DNA of 43,660 nt from a virus (Duplodnaviria; Caudoviricetes): IMG/VR virus record IMGVR_UViG_3300026863_000031, positions 1 to 43,660 of that record; one strand, written 5' to 3'. The notes under the pieces are model-generated. The model made no database searches, was not told the origin of the DNA, and saw only the letters and a program-made list of their open reading frames with translations. Position 1 is the first letter of the stretch, and every line of letters starts with the position of its first letter. Position numbers and translations under genes: made by a program. Positions 26,257 through 35,713 of the stretch are shown here, in pieces.

Positions 26257-26961
26257 ATGATCCGGACATCCAAGGCGCCCTTCGAGTGGCCGTTGCCATG
26301 GGGTGGGGCTGCGAAGACCGTCGTGTACATCAGGGCGGGCGATCCGCTGGAGCGGGGGGCATTTGAGGGCGACCTTGCCGGCGAGCGGGCGGGGCGCGTC
26401 TTCGATTTCCAGCTCGCCGAAGCGTTTGACAGCGGCCTCGCCATGCTGCTCGCCGACGCGCCCGATGACCTGGCGCGCGTGCGTGAGATTGCCGCCGCGG
26501 TCGATGCCGGCGACGATCTCCCTGAGGACGAAAAGGCGCTTCTCGCCGCCGTGCGAGACGCTGTTGCCGAGCATTGGCCGCAGATGAAGTCGCTCGTGGC
26601 GCTTGCCGCTCGTCGGAACGAACTTACGCCGACCATGGCCTTTCAGCGGTTCGTTACGGGCTGGGAGGGCGTGGACCTCGACGGCAAGCCGCTTCCGCCG
26701 TTCCGCAAGGGGTTCGACGGCCTCATCCCGCTCGATCTGATGGGCGAGCTCCCGCCGCTGATGATCCGCCTGGCCGGGCTTCGCGCCTATCAGATCCTGT
26801 GGGCGACCGGCGACGAAAAAAACTCCGCGCCGCCCTCGCCGTCCGACGAGAGCCCGCGGCGTTCGCGTTCGGACAGGCCGAAAAGGGGTGGATCATCGGC
26901 GAAGACCATTGGACGGAAAGCCCGCTCACGGCCGTCCCGGAAGGCTGCTTCGCCGTCGTAG
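26257..26961 (+). CDS. Tail assembly chaperone (gpG-like)
   Basis: Follows the tail tube gene. Has VTGWEGV motif and ...DEKN at a slippery site. Confidence 0.75.
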   Translation: MIRTSKAPFEWPLPWGGAAKTVVYIRAGDPLERGAFEGDLAGERAGRVFDFQLAEAFDSGLAMLLADAPDDLARVREIAAAVDAGDDLPEDEKALLAAVRDAVAEHWPQMKSLVALAARRNELTPTMAFQRFVTGWEGVDLDGKPLPPFRKGFDGLIPLDLMGELPPLMIRLAGLRAYQILWATGDEKNSAPPSPSDESPRRSRSDRPKRGGSSAKTIGRKARSRPSRKAASPS

Positions 26962-27107
26962 ATCTCTGGCTGACGGCGCGCCGCCTGGCACCGGTCAGCC
27001 TGTTCGGCGTGGCTGGCGCTACGCCGCTGCCCGGCCCGCTCTGCGATCAGCCTGCGGCGTTGGTGGACGCGTTCGCGCTGCTGGATAGCTGGATGGCGGA
27101 GGCGTGA
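26817..27107 (+). CDS. -1 frameshift extension of the tail chaperone (gpT-like part of gpGT)
   Basis: Slippery heptamer A AAA AAC at 26817-26823. The -1 frame stays open to 27107 (LPGPLCDQPAALVDAFALL). Confidence 0.8.
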   Translation, partial: KKLRAALAVRREPAAFAFGQAEKGWIIGEDHWTESPLTAVPEGCFAVVDLWLTARRLAPVSLFGVAGATPLPGPLCDQPAALVDAFALLDSWMAEA

Positions 27108-27787
27108 TGGAATTTCACTTCGATCTCGACGCCGAAACCGTTCTGGGCGTGAAGGAGCGGGTCACCCGCGGCCAGCTGCGCACCGCCAAGGATGCCGTCG
27201 AGCAGACGACGAAATGGCTCGAGCGCGAACTGGAGGCGGTGACCCGCGCCGCGGTGCCGGGGCGCCTCTGGCGGGCATGGGGCTCGAGCGTCTACCCCGG
27301 CGCCGGGAAGATCGCACGCGATCCGGCCGGTGAGGTGTTCATCAATGGCCGCGACCGAACCGTCGGCGCAATGACCTTCTGGACCCGGCCGGGTCGCGTT
27401 GTCGGAAAGCAAGGCCAGTGGCTCGCCATCCCGACCGATGCGGTTCCGCGCCGCGGTCGTCAGAGGAAGGCCCTGACGCCACTCGAGGTAGAGGGCGAGT
27501 TCAACAAGGAACTGATCTTCCTCCCGGCCGGACACGGCCGGAAGCACGCGACGCTGGTGCTGGAGGGCGTGACCAACGGGAGGACCGGGTCCTATCGGCC
27601 GCGGACCGCGCGGCGAGTGGCGGCCGATCGACGCCGCGGCGTGGCCAGGCCGCTCCAGCGGATCGTCATGTTTGTGCTGGTGCCGTTTGTCGCGCACAAG
27701 AACGCGGTGGCTGTCGAGCCGGTCGTGTTCCGCGCTGGAAGGCGGCTCATCGACGAATATGTAGCGCGCAGCTCAAGAGTGCGATAG
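27107..27787 (+). CDS. Basic tail-region protein (DUF6441-like, tail completion-like)
   Basis: GQWLAIPT and MFVLVP motifs. Coupled to the gpGT stop. Confidence 0.65.
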   Translation: MEFHFDLDAETVLGVKERVTRGQLRTAKDAVEQTTKWLERELEAVTRAAVPGRLWRAWGSSVYPGAGKIARDPAGEVFINGRDRTVGAMTFWTRPGRVVGKQGQWLAIPTDAVPRRGRQRKALTPLEVEGEFNKELIFLPAGHGRKHATLVLEGVTNGRTGSYRPRTARRVAADRRRGVARPLQRIVMFVLVPFVAHKNAVAVEPVVFRAGRRLIDEYVARSSRVR

Positions 27788-27797
27788 CAAGCACGCC

Positions 27798-28043
27798 ATG
27801 GGGCGCATCAGTTTCCTGTTACTCGCTGGCACTTCGACATTTCTCGTTGGATGCGGGGAATCTGAAATCGCGAAGGCTGAGCGGCGCTTCGAGATGGTCA
27901 AGCAGGGCGGGACCGAGGCTGACCAGTGCCGTGAGGCAAAGGCAGTTGAGAGTGCCTACCTAAATGCCGGGGACCAGTCCGGATACAAAAACGCTCACAG
28001 TACCGCAGAAATTTACTGCTTGAGCGCGCGCCTAGCGCGCTGA
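27798..28043 (+). CDS. Small lipoprotein (moron-like)
   Basis: Signal peptide with LVGC lipobox. Visibly more AT-rich than flanking genes. Confidence 0.75.
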   Translation: MGRISFLLLAGTSTFLVGCGESEIAKAERRFEMVKQGGTEADQCREAKAVESAYLNAGDQSGYKNAHSTAEIYCLSARLAR

Positions 28044-28109
28044 TCCAACCCGACTGCTGAACGATAACTCGGCGCCTCCGGCGCCGCTAGTCGTGCCTGG
28101 AGATCGCCG

Positions 28110-31100
28110 ATGACTCGATCGACGACCGATATTGTCGCGCGTCTGGCTCTGAACGGTTCGTCGTTCAGCTCCGAGACGCAGCGCCTGTTCGGGCAGCTTC
28201 AGGCTGGTGCCCGCTCGTCCGCAACGGAGCTGACGCGCATCGCGGGCGATGCGACCCGTCAAATCGAGGAGATCGCGAAGAAGGCCGCCGCGGCACCGCG
28301 CGCGGCCAGTGGATCGCTGACGATCGACGTCGGGGGCGCTCGGCAGGCCGCCGCAGCCGCGGAAGCCGAAGCGGTCGCTATGCGCGAAGTTGCTTCCGCC
28401 GCAGAGCGCGTCGCGCTCCAGAAGGGCAAGCTCACCGAGCGCGAGAGCGCGTACATTATGGGTGCCCGCCAAGCGGCGGCCGCTGCGGAGGAGCATGCGC
28501 GCGCCATGATGCGCGAAGCGCAGTTCGCGGACCTTCTTCAGGCTGAACTCACGCAGACCGCCAGCGCAACCGCGCTTGTCATCGATCGCAACCGCGCCCT
28601 CAACGGATCGATGCGCGGATCCGGCATGGCGATCATGCAGGCTTCGCAGCAGGTGCAGGACTTCTGGGTACAGGTCGGAGCCGGAGCCAATCCCCTGACC
28701 GCATTTTCCCAGCAGATCGGCCAGTTGGCCTTTGTCGTTCAGGGCGCGGACGGCGTCGTCGGCAAGTTCGGCAAGTTCTTGGCCGGCGGCTGGGGCTCGC
28801 TCGTAATGACCGGTCTGGCAATCCTCTCGCTGTTTGCGGACAAGATCGTCAGCACCGGGACTGAGGTCGAAAAGGCGACCAAGGAACTGGAGAAGAACGC
28901 GAAGGCCACCAAGACCAACAAGGAGGCGCAGCAGGCTTTCGCGAAGACCGCTGAGGGCGTGTCGGCCGCAATTGACGAGATGAACGAGGCCCTTGGCAAG
29001 AACATTGTCTCGCAGACCACTGCCACGGATCAGGCGTTGCGCGACGCAGAAGCCAAGCGACTTCAACAGATCGAGATTCGCAAAACGACCATCGCCTTCT
29101 TGAAGCTTGCCGAAGCGCAGTTCGCCGCGTCTAGGTCGCAAACCTTCGGTGCCGCGGGTGGCGCGGGTGCGGGCATGGCGCAGGTCCAATACGCGAAGCG
29201 GGTGGAGGAGCTGCAGGCCAAGGTGAAGGCAGCGGAAGAGGCGCTGGCAAAGGCCGAAAAGGCCGTCAACCGGAGCATGATTCAGGTCGCGGAGCAGGAG
29301 GCTCGTGCCGCGGTCGATCCGCTCGCCAAGATCAACCAGCTCTACGACCGCATGGCCGACAAGGCGAAGCTCGCAGCGGAGAATAACCGCAAGCTCGCGG
29401 CGAGCCTCAAGGACACGCTGACAGGGATCGAAAAGCAGCGTGCGGCCGCCCTTGAAGCCGAGCGCGATCGTCAGGCCGCCCAGCGCAAATCGGAGCGTGA
29501 TGCCTCCAAGGTAGATCAGCGTGTCCGCCTGCTCGATCCGGTGTCCGGCCGGGTTACCTCCGGCTTCGGCCAGCGAGCGGCGCCGAAGGCGGGCGCATCC
29601 ACCAATCACCTCGGCGTCGATTACGCGGTACCGACCGGCACCGGCGTGCGTGCGGGCGCGGCCGGCGTCGTCGTCTCCGTCGGCAACATGGGGAAGCTCG
29701 GCAAGGCCGTGGTCGTCGATTACGGCGACAAGACCATCGCGACCTATGGCCATCTCAGCGAAATCCTTGTCGGCAAGGGGCAGGCCGTATCTGCCGGCGA
29801 CCTGATCGCCCGGTCGGGCAACACGGGAAACTCGACCGGTCCGCACCTCCACTATGGCCTCCGCGTCGATGGCCGCCCGGTCGATCCGCGCGGCCGAACG
29901 GTGCGTCAGGGCGCCGGCGTCAAGGCGCAGGACGAACAGGCGCGCGAGCTTGCCGAGCAGGAGAAGCAGTATCAGCGGCTGCTCGCTATTTCGCAGCAAC
30001 AGCTCTCCGTCGAGGCGGAGAGCTTGCGGTTCCTTGGCCTCAAGGTGCGCGGGCTCGACGAGCAGGCGGCATTGGAGGGCGATCTCGCCCGCAGCCGTCA
30101 CGATTATGCCGAGCAGATGGCGCAGCTCACCGCAAACCAGCGGGAGGAGCAGGGCAAGGTCACGGCCGAGGTGACGGCCGCAGCGCGCGAACTGGAGAAC
30201 AAAGCGGCGATCTATGCCAATCTCCGCGTCGAGGCGCGCGACCTGAGCAGCCTGACCGACGATCAGCGCAAGACGCTCGACGCCGCCAACACCGCGATGC
30301 TCGACCAGCTAGAACTCGCGCGCGGTCTCGCCAAGACCGCCGCGGAGCGCCAGCTGATCGAGGAGGCGATCCTGCGCGCCAAGAGCCGCATGACGGTCGC
30401 CGATGCAAAGGGCAACGACCTGGCACGTGACGAGAAGCGCGCGGCCGAGGAGCTTGCTCGCGAGCTGGAAGACCAGCGCCGCGACCATCTCGAGCGCCAG
30501 CGCGACCAGATCTATTCGCTCGCCAGCTTCTACCGCGACGCCTTCCGCGAGGGCGGCAAAGGTATCGCCGAGAACTTCAAGGACGAGATGCTGGATGTCA
30601 TCAGCGAGGTGGCGGCGCGCTGGACGCTCGCACTTTTGTCTGGCCAGAAGACTTCGCTCGGCTCGATCCTCAGCGAGATGGGGGCGACCTCGGGCGTCGG
30701 CGGCGGGGGCCTGATCGGCGGCCTGCTTGGCGGGCTCGCCGGCGGCAAGAAGGCTGGTGCGGCGTCGCTCGTCCCGGGCATCGGCGACCTTGCCGCCGCC
30801 AAGGCTGGTGGCGGCCTGTTGGGCGGGTTGGGCGGCATCGGGGGCGCCATCAGCTCCGCGCTTCCCTATGCGGCGATCGCGATGGCGGTGTTGCCGATCA
30901 TCTCGAGCCTGTTCAGTTCGCCCAAATGGGGTAGCGCCGGTCTCTCGCTCAACGGCGGTGTCGTCTCCGGCGGGCAGGGCATCGGCAAAGGTTCGAGCCA
31001 GATCAAGGGCGCGACCGGCGCGGCCGGCTCCGTTGCCGACGGCGTCAATCGGCTCGCCGAACAGCTCGGCGCGAACATCTCTGGCATCCCCGGCGTCACG

Positions 31101-32015
31101 ATCGGCACCTGGGACGGCAAGGCGCGCGTCGCCCTGACCAGCACCTCCGAGCCGCTCCACGCCAAGAGCAAGGCGGGCAAGGCCGGGCTCATCAAGGATT
31201 TCGGCGAGGGCGGTGAGGCCGAGGCGCTGAAGTTTGCCATTGAATACGTGTTCACGAACGCGGCGCTCGACGGGATCAGCCAGGCATCCAAGAATATCAT
31301 CAAGGCGGGCGGCGCCGATGTCAGCAAGGCGATCGAGAAAGCGCTGCTGATCGAGGACATCCCGAAGCGGCTGCAATCGAAGCTCGACCCCGTCGGCTAC
31401 GCGATCGACCAGCTCAACAAGCAATGGGACAAGACCATCGCGGCCCTGATCGAGGGCGGCGCGTCCGCCGAGCAGATGGCCGACGCCCAGAAGCTCTACA
31501 AGATCGAGCTTGCCGAGACCAAGGCCGCTGCCCGTGCCGCGTCGGCGGACCTGAAGGAGTTCCTCAACGGACTGAATTTCGGGAGCAATTCCCCCTATTC
31601 GCTGCGCGATCAGGAGAGGATGGCTGCGGAGGCGCTCAAGCCGTTCGAGGAAGCGATCCTCAAGGGCGAGCGGGTCGATCAGGGGCAGTACACTGCGGCG
31701 GCGCAGCAATGGCTGGATCTGCAGCGCGAACTGTTCGGCTCCACCGGCAAGTTCTTCGAGGGCATGGACCGTATCCAGAGCCTGACCGGCAAGGCGATCA
31801 GCGATATCGACAACGCCAAGCCGATCCGGGTCGAGACCGATCCTTTCGTCAAATCCACAGCGGCAAACACGCAGGCGAGCGCCGAACTGCTGGAGCAGAT
31901 CTCCCGCCAAACCGCCGAAACCAACGCGCTGCTCGCCCGCCTCGCCGGCGGCTCCGGCTACGATGGGTTCATCGGCGGCTATGGCCGCAACTTCCTCGAG
32001 CGGTCGGCCGCCTGA
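28110..32015 (+). CDS. Tail tape measure protein with internal M23 peptidase domain
   Basis: 1301 aa, Ala-rich and helical. Lambda-type N motif QVQDFWVQVGAGANPLTAFSQQIGQL. M23 motifs HLGVD, YGHL, STGPHLHY. Confidence 0.95.
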   Translation: MTRSTTDIVARLALNGSSFSSETQRLFGQLQAGARSSATELTRIAGDATRQIEEIAKKAAAAPRAASGSLTIDVGGARQAAAAAEAEAVAMREVASAAERVALQKGKLTERESAYIMGARQAAAAAEEHARAMMREAQFADLLQAELTQTASATALVIDRNRALNGSMRGSGMAIMQASQQVQDFWVQVGAGANPLTAFSQQIGQLAFVVQGADGVVGKFGKFLAGGWGSLVMTGLAILSLFADKIVSTGTEVEKATKELEKNAKATKTNKEAQQAFAKTAEGVSAAIDEMNEALGKNIVSQTTATDQALRDAEAKRLQQIEIRKTTIAFLKLAEAQFAASRSQTFGAAGGAGAGMAQVQYAKRVEELQAKVKAAEEALAKAEKAVNRSMIQVAEQEARAAVDPLAKINQLYDRMADKAKLAAENNRKLAASLKDTLTGIEKQRAAALEAERDRQAAQRKSERDASKVDQRVRLLDPVSGRVTSGFGQRAAPKAGASTNHLGVDYAVPTGTGVRAGAAGVVVSVGNMGKLGKAVVVDYGDKTIATYGHLSEILVGKGQAVSAGDLIARSGNTGNSTGPHLHYGLRVDGRPVDPRGRTVRQGAGVKAQDEQARELAEQEKQYQRLLAISQQQLSVEAESLRFLGLKVRGLDEQAALEGDLARSRHDYAEQMAQLTANQREEQGKVTAEVTAAARELENKAAIYANLRVEARDLSSLTDDQRKTLDAANTAMLDQLELARGLAKTAAERQLIEEAILRAKSRMTVADAKGNDLARDEKRAAEELARELEDQRRDHLERQRDQIYSLASFYRDAFREGGKGIAENFKDEMLDVISEVAARWTLALLSGQKTSLGSILSEMGATSGVGGGGLIGGLLGGLAGGKKAGAASLVPGIGDLAAAKAGGGLLGGLGGIGGAISSALPYAAIAMAVLPIISSLFSSPKWGSAGLSLNGGVVSGGQGIGKGSSQIKGATGAAGSVADGVNRLAEQLGANISGIPGVTIGTWDGKARVALTSTSEPLHAKSKAGKAGLIKDFGEGGEAEALKFAIEYVFTNAALDGISQASKNIIKAGGADVSKAIEKALLIEDIPKRLQSKLDPVGYAIDQLNKQWDKTIAALIEGGASAEQMADAQKLYKIELAETKAAARAASADLKEFLNGLNFGSNSPYSLRDQERMAAEALKPFEEAILKGERVDQGQYTAAAQQWLDLQRELFGSTGKFFEGMDRIQSLTGKAISDIDNAKPIRVETDPFVKSTAANTQASAELLEQISRQTAETNALLARLAGGSGYDGFIGGYGRNFLERSAA

Positions 32016-32377
32016 TGCCCGCGACACCAGATACTATCGCCGCCGGCACGCGCGAAGTTCAGATCGAGACCTGGGCGGATGGCGCGATCAAGGCGCGCTA
32101 TGTTCGTGCCCGCGACGGGAGCGAGGCCCCAGCGGAGGGTTTCTTCGATCTCGCCAGCGATGCCGCGGCGGTGTTGATCCAGCGCGCCGCGCTGCTCGGG
32201 ACCGAACGGCGCCGGTTCAAAGTCGTGGTCGACGAACTGATCTGGCCGGATCCGGGAGCGGGAATTCCGACCGTGCAGCTCGTGGACAGCGAGCACAGCG
32301 TGAGCGCACCGGCGATCGTCTGCCGCGTCGAGCTCAATCTCGAAACCGAGCAAACCCTGTATGAGGTGCTGACCTGA
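32015..32377 (+). CDS. Tail protein
   Basis: 120 aa, TGATG coupling at both ends. Confidence 0.75.
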   Translation: MPATPDTIAAGTREVQIETWADGAIKARYVRARDGSEAPAEGFFDLASDAAAVLIQRAALLGTERRRFKVVVDELIWPDPGAGIPTVQLVDSEHSVSAPAIVCRVELNLETEQTLYEVLT

Positions 32378-33186
32378 TGGCGAACGCGTGGGCCATGCGG
32401 CCGTTGCCGATGTCGGCGATTTCGGCCGGCTCAACGGCTGCCGGGCATTCCCCCTCCTATCTTGCGAACGATTTCGCCGGGGTCGTGTGGAAAAGTGCCG
32501 GCGGGGCCGCGGACGTGACGATCACGGTCGATATGGGCTCGGCTGTCGCGCTCGACGCGGCGCTGTTCTTCGGGTGCACTGGCGCCGCACCGGAATGGAC
32601 GCTGACCGTCGAGAGCGCCGACAACAACACCTTCACGGCCAACTCGGCCACCCTGGCGAACGCAATCCCTTTCCTCGCCGGCGAGAGCTTCCCGAGCCAT
32701 GGCCGCGGCGTCGGCTATTGGTCGACCAGCGCCGCGGTGACCGCTCGGCGGTGGTGGCGCTTCACCATCGGCAACCTCGCCAACGCGCAGGTGACCGTCG
32801 CGCGGGTGGCGCTGGGGCAGAAGATGACGCTCGAGCGCAACTTCGCCTTCGGTGGTGGCTGGGGCGTTCGCGACCTCGGGACGGTGGATTTCTCGACCGC
32901 GGGCGTCCGCATGCGACGTCGCGCGGTGAAGCTGCGCACGCTGGGCCTGACCTTTCCCAACGTTCGCCGGGACGAGGTCGAGACAAAGGTGCAGCCGCTG
33001 GTCGAGAAGGCCGCGGGGCAGGAGCCGATCGTGCTGGTGACCAACCCGGATGGCGATCCGAACCGCCAGCAACGCTGCTGGTTCGGCCACCTGTTCGGCG
33101 ATCTCGGCACTGTGCAGCGCTCGGCCGCAGGCTGGGAATGGCGCGCCAACCTCATCGACCTGATCCCGATCCCCAAGGCGAGCTGA
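32377..33186 (+). CDS. Minor tail protein (distal-tail-like, beta-sandwich)
   Basis: Discoidin-like TITVDMGS...TARRWWRFTI and position after the tape measure. Confidence 0.7.
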   Translation: MANAWAMRPLPMSAISAGSTAAGHSPSYLANDFAGVVWKSAGGAADVTITVDMGSAVALDAALFFGCTGAAPEWTLTVESADNNTFTANSATLANAIPFLAGESFPSHGRGVGYWSTSAAVTARRWWRFTIGNLANAQVTVARVALGQKMTLERNFAFGGGWGVRDLGTVDFSTAGVRMRRRAVKLRTLGLTFPNVRRDEVETKVQPLVEKAAGQEPIVLVTNPDGDPNRQQRCWFGHLFGDLGTVQRSAAGWEWRANLIDLIPIPKAS

Positions 33187-33187
33187 C

Positions 33188-35515
33188 GTGACCGCTATTC
33201 TGGTGCAGATCGACGGCCATGACCCGGTGGCCGGCGCGGCGGTGACCCTGCGCGCCGCCAGCGTCGACGACGATCGCGTCTGCCACCTCGACGGGCAGGT
33301 GTGGTGGCCGGCACTGATGACGCTTCCCGCGCTGCGCTACGACCTGTTCGACGGGGCGTTCGGCAACGCGATCACGACGCCGCAATCGTCATTGGCGCTG
33401 GCGATGGAAGCTTGGCCCGACCTCGGCCGCTACATGCTGGCGGACGCGCGGGTGCAGATTTGGTCAGGGGAGATCGGAGACGCATGGGCGGGTTATGTGC
33501 AGCGCTTCGACGGCCGGGTAACCTCCCAACCGGCGATGGCGAACGGGCTGGCGACGGTCGCGTTCGCGGTTGACGATCGCTGGCTCGATTCCCCGCTACT
33601 CGCCACCTATGCGGGAACGACCGGCGCGGAGGGTGAAGCCGCACTCAAGGGCCAGCCCAAGCCGCTTGCGATCGGCGCGCCCCGGTTTGTGTCCGGACTG
33701 ATGGTCGACGCCATCAACAATGTCGTTCAACTTTCGTCCTATGGCGCGATCGAGGGTGTCGAGGTCGCGTTCGAACGGCTCGCCGCCTTTGGGGCGCCCG
33801 TCGCTGACTATCCGAGCTACACCGCACTGGTCGCCGCAACCATCCCCGCCGGTGCATGGGCCACAGCGAAGGCTGTGGGCATGGTCCGCCACGGAGCGCC
33901 GCCTGCGGGTCGCCTCTCCTATCACCTCAAAGGGGACAAGGGCGGGCCGGATGGCTGGATCAGGCAACCCGGATCGATCATTCGTCGCCTGGCGCTTCTG
34001 TCGGGCGGGAACGGAAAGACCGACGACGCGTCCCTTGACGCGCTGAACGCCGCCCGGCCACATAGCTTGTCGGTCTATCAGGCCGAGCAGTCGAATGCGC
34101 GCGAGCTGGTTCAGCGGATCGCGGCGAGCGTCAACGCCGTTGCCGGCGTGAGCTGGCTGGGCAAGCTCTGGGCGGTGCCGATCGGGTTCGGGGGAGCGGC
34201 AATGACGCTCGATGCGGATGGCCGCGCGCTGCCTCCAGTCGCAAGCGTCGAGCAGCTCGAGAACGGCGCGCCGTGGTGGCGCCTGGCGATCGGTGCCGAG
34301 CGCACATGGAATGTCCACCCGCTGAGCGATGTCGCGTTTACCGCGCCGCTGATCGAGCGGGGGCTCTATAGCGTCACCGAAAGCTATCGAGAGGGGCATA
34401 TCGTCGACACAGATGTCGGCGCCCGGTTCCTGTTCATCGCGACGACGCCGGCAACAGGTTCGGCGCTCCCGGCACCGACGTTCCCGCCGGCGCCGCCCGC
34501 GCAGAACGCCCACTGGATTCAACTCCGGCCCCCAGCGACCTATGCCGATGGGCGGCCGATCGAGGAACTCAAACCCGCAGCGCCGGGGGCTACGCCAGGC
34601 GCGCCGGCCGGATCGGATATCGGCGGCGTGTTGGACCCGCAGACTGGCCTGGTCACAGGTGGCAAGCCCGCGGAACTGGTGCTTGAGGACGCTGACAACG
34701 CGCTCGTCGAACAGATTGTCGCCGCGGCTGATGCGATCCTGTCTCGCGAACGCGATCGCCGATTGTTGTTTCCCGGTGGCGACGGCGCCGATGTACGGAC
34801 GGCGTTCCGGAGGGAGGCGAGCGCTCGCCGTGCTATTGCTGCGCAGCTCGTGACAGTTGCGGCCGCGCTCGGTGGCGTCTCGACCAGCGTCCAACAGTTG
34901 ATGGAGGCCTTCACCGATGGGGAGGAGGGCTTCGCCCGTTTCCTGTTGCGCGCGCAGGTGGACAGCGAAGGCGACCCCACATCGATTGTTGGGATCGAGG
35001 GCTTGGCAGGCGCGGGCGCAGGCGTGTTGGATTTCATCGCTACAGCGATCCGAATGAAGCACCCGGTCAGCGGCGAGGCGCTGATCTATTTCGACACCGC
35101 CGCAGGCAAAATGATCGCCAGATCGGTCGAGGTCGATACGCTTAAGGTCAACACCGCCGTGGTGCCGGTGCGTGCGACGGCGACCAACAACATCACGGGA
35201 ACCGGGGTGGGCGGGTCGTGGCAGAGCGCTTTGTCGGCGAGCATCGTGATGGCGAAGGCAGGGGTGATCGAGGCCGATTTCATCACGCGGCAAGGCTTCA
35301 GCTCGGGCGATCAGGCGTGGGAGTTCGAGCTGCTGGTCAACGGTGTGGTCGTTTACGCGACCGGTGGCGGCCGCACGCAAGACAGTATCCCGCTCGACGG
35401 ATCAGCGACGGTCGCCGCCGGCACGCATACCGCATTGGTTCGCTGGCGCGCGCATAGCAGCGTCAGCCTCGGCAACCGGCAGCTTCGCCTCAAAGGCTAC
35501 CCAGCAACGGAGTGA
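33188..35515 (+). CDS. Tail tip/hub protein
   Basis: 775 aa with YAGTTGAEG...LKGQPKPLAIG motif and tail position. Confidence 0.75.
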   Translation: MTAILVQIDGHDPVAGAAVTLRAASVDDDRVCHLDGQVWWPALMTLPALRYDLFDGAFGNAITTPQSSLALAMEAWPDLGRYMLADARVQIWSGEIGDAWAGYVQRFDGRVTSQPAMANGLATVAFAVDDRWLDSPLLATYAGTTGAEGEAALKGQPKPLAIGAPRFVSGLMVDAINNVVQLSSYGAIEGVEVAFERLAAFGAPVADYPSYTALVAATIPAGAWATAKAVGMVRHGAPPAGRLSYHLKGDKGGPDGWIRQPGSIIRRLALLSGGNGKTDDASLDALNAARPHSLSVYQAEQSNARELVQRIAASVNAVAGVSWLGKLWAVPIGFGGAAMTLDADGRALPPVASVEQLENGAPWWRLAIGAERTWNVHPLSDVAFTAPLIERGLYSVTESYREGHIVDTDVGARFLFIATTPATGSALPAPTFPPAPPAQNAHWIQLRPPATYADGRPIEELKPAAPGATPGAPAGSDIGGVLDPQTGLVTGGKPAELVLEDADNALVEQIVAAADAILSRERDRRLLFPGGDGADVRTAFRREASARRAIAAQLVTVAAALGGVSTSVQQLMEAFTDGEEGFARFLLRAQVDSEGDPTSIVGIEGLAGAGAGVLDFIATAIRMKHPVSGEALIYFDTAAGKMIARSVEVDTLKVNTAVVPVRATATNNITGTGVGGSWQSALSASIVMAKAGVIEADFITRQGFSSGDQAWEFELLVNGVVVYATGGGRTQDSIPLDGSATVAAGTHTALVRWRAHSSVSLGNRQLRLKGYPATE

Positions 35516-35518
35516 ACC

Positions 35519-35710
35519 ATGGCGCGTGCAGTGCTCTACGACGAAGACGGTAATATCCTTCAGCTAACCGAAGGCAGCGACGAGAATGTCGGTGCGACCG
35601 CAGAAGCGCGCGGTGTCGCGGTCATGCCGATTCCTTCGGGGCCGCTCTACGACGACTTCTATCTCGACACGACCCACAAGGTCGTCGGCGGCGCGATCGT
35701 GGAGAACTGA
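35519..35710 (+). CDS. Small tail-associated protein
   Basis: GGAG Shine-Dalgarno, between the tail tip and fibre genes. Confidence 0.7.
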   Translation: MARAVLYDEDGNILQLTEGSDENVGATAEARGVAVMPIPSGPLYDDFYLDTTHKVVGGAIVEN

Positions 35711-35713
35711 GCA

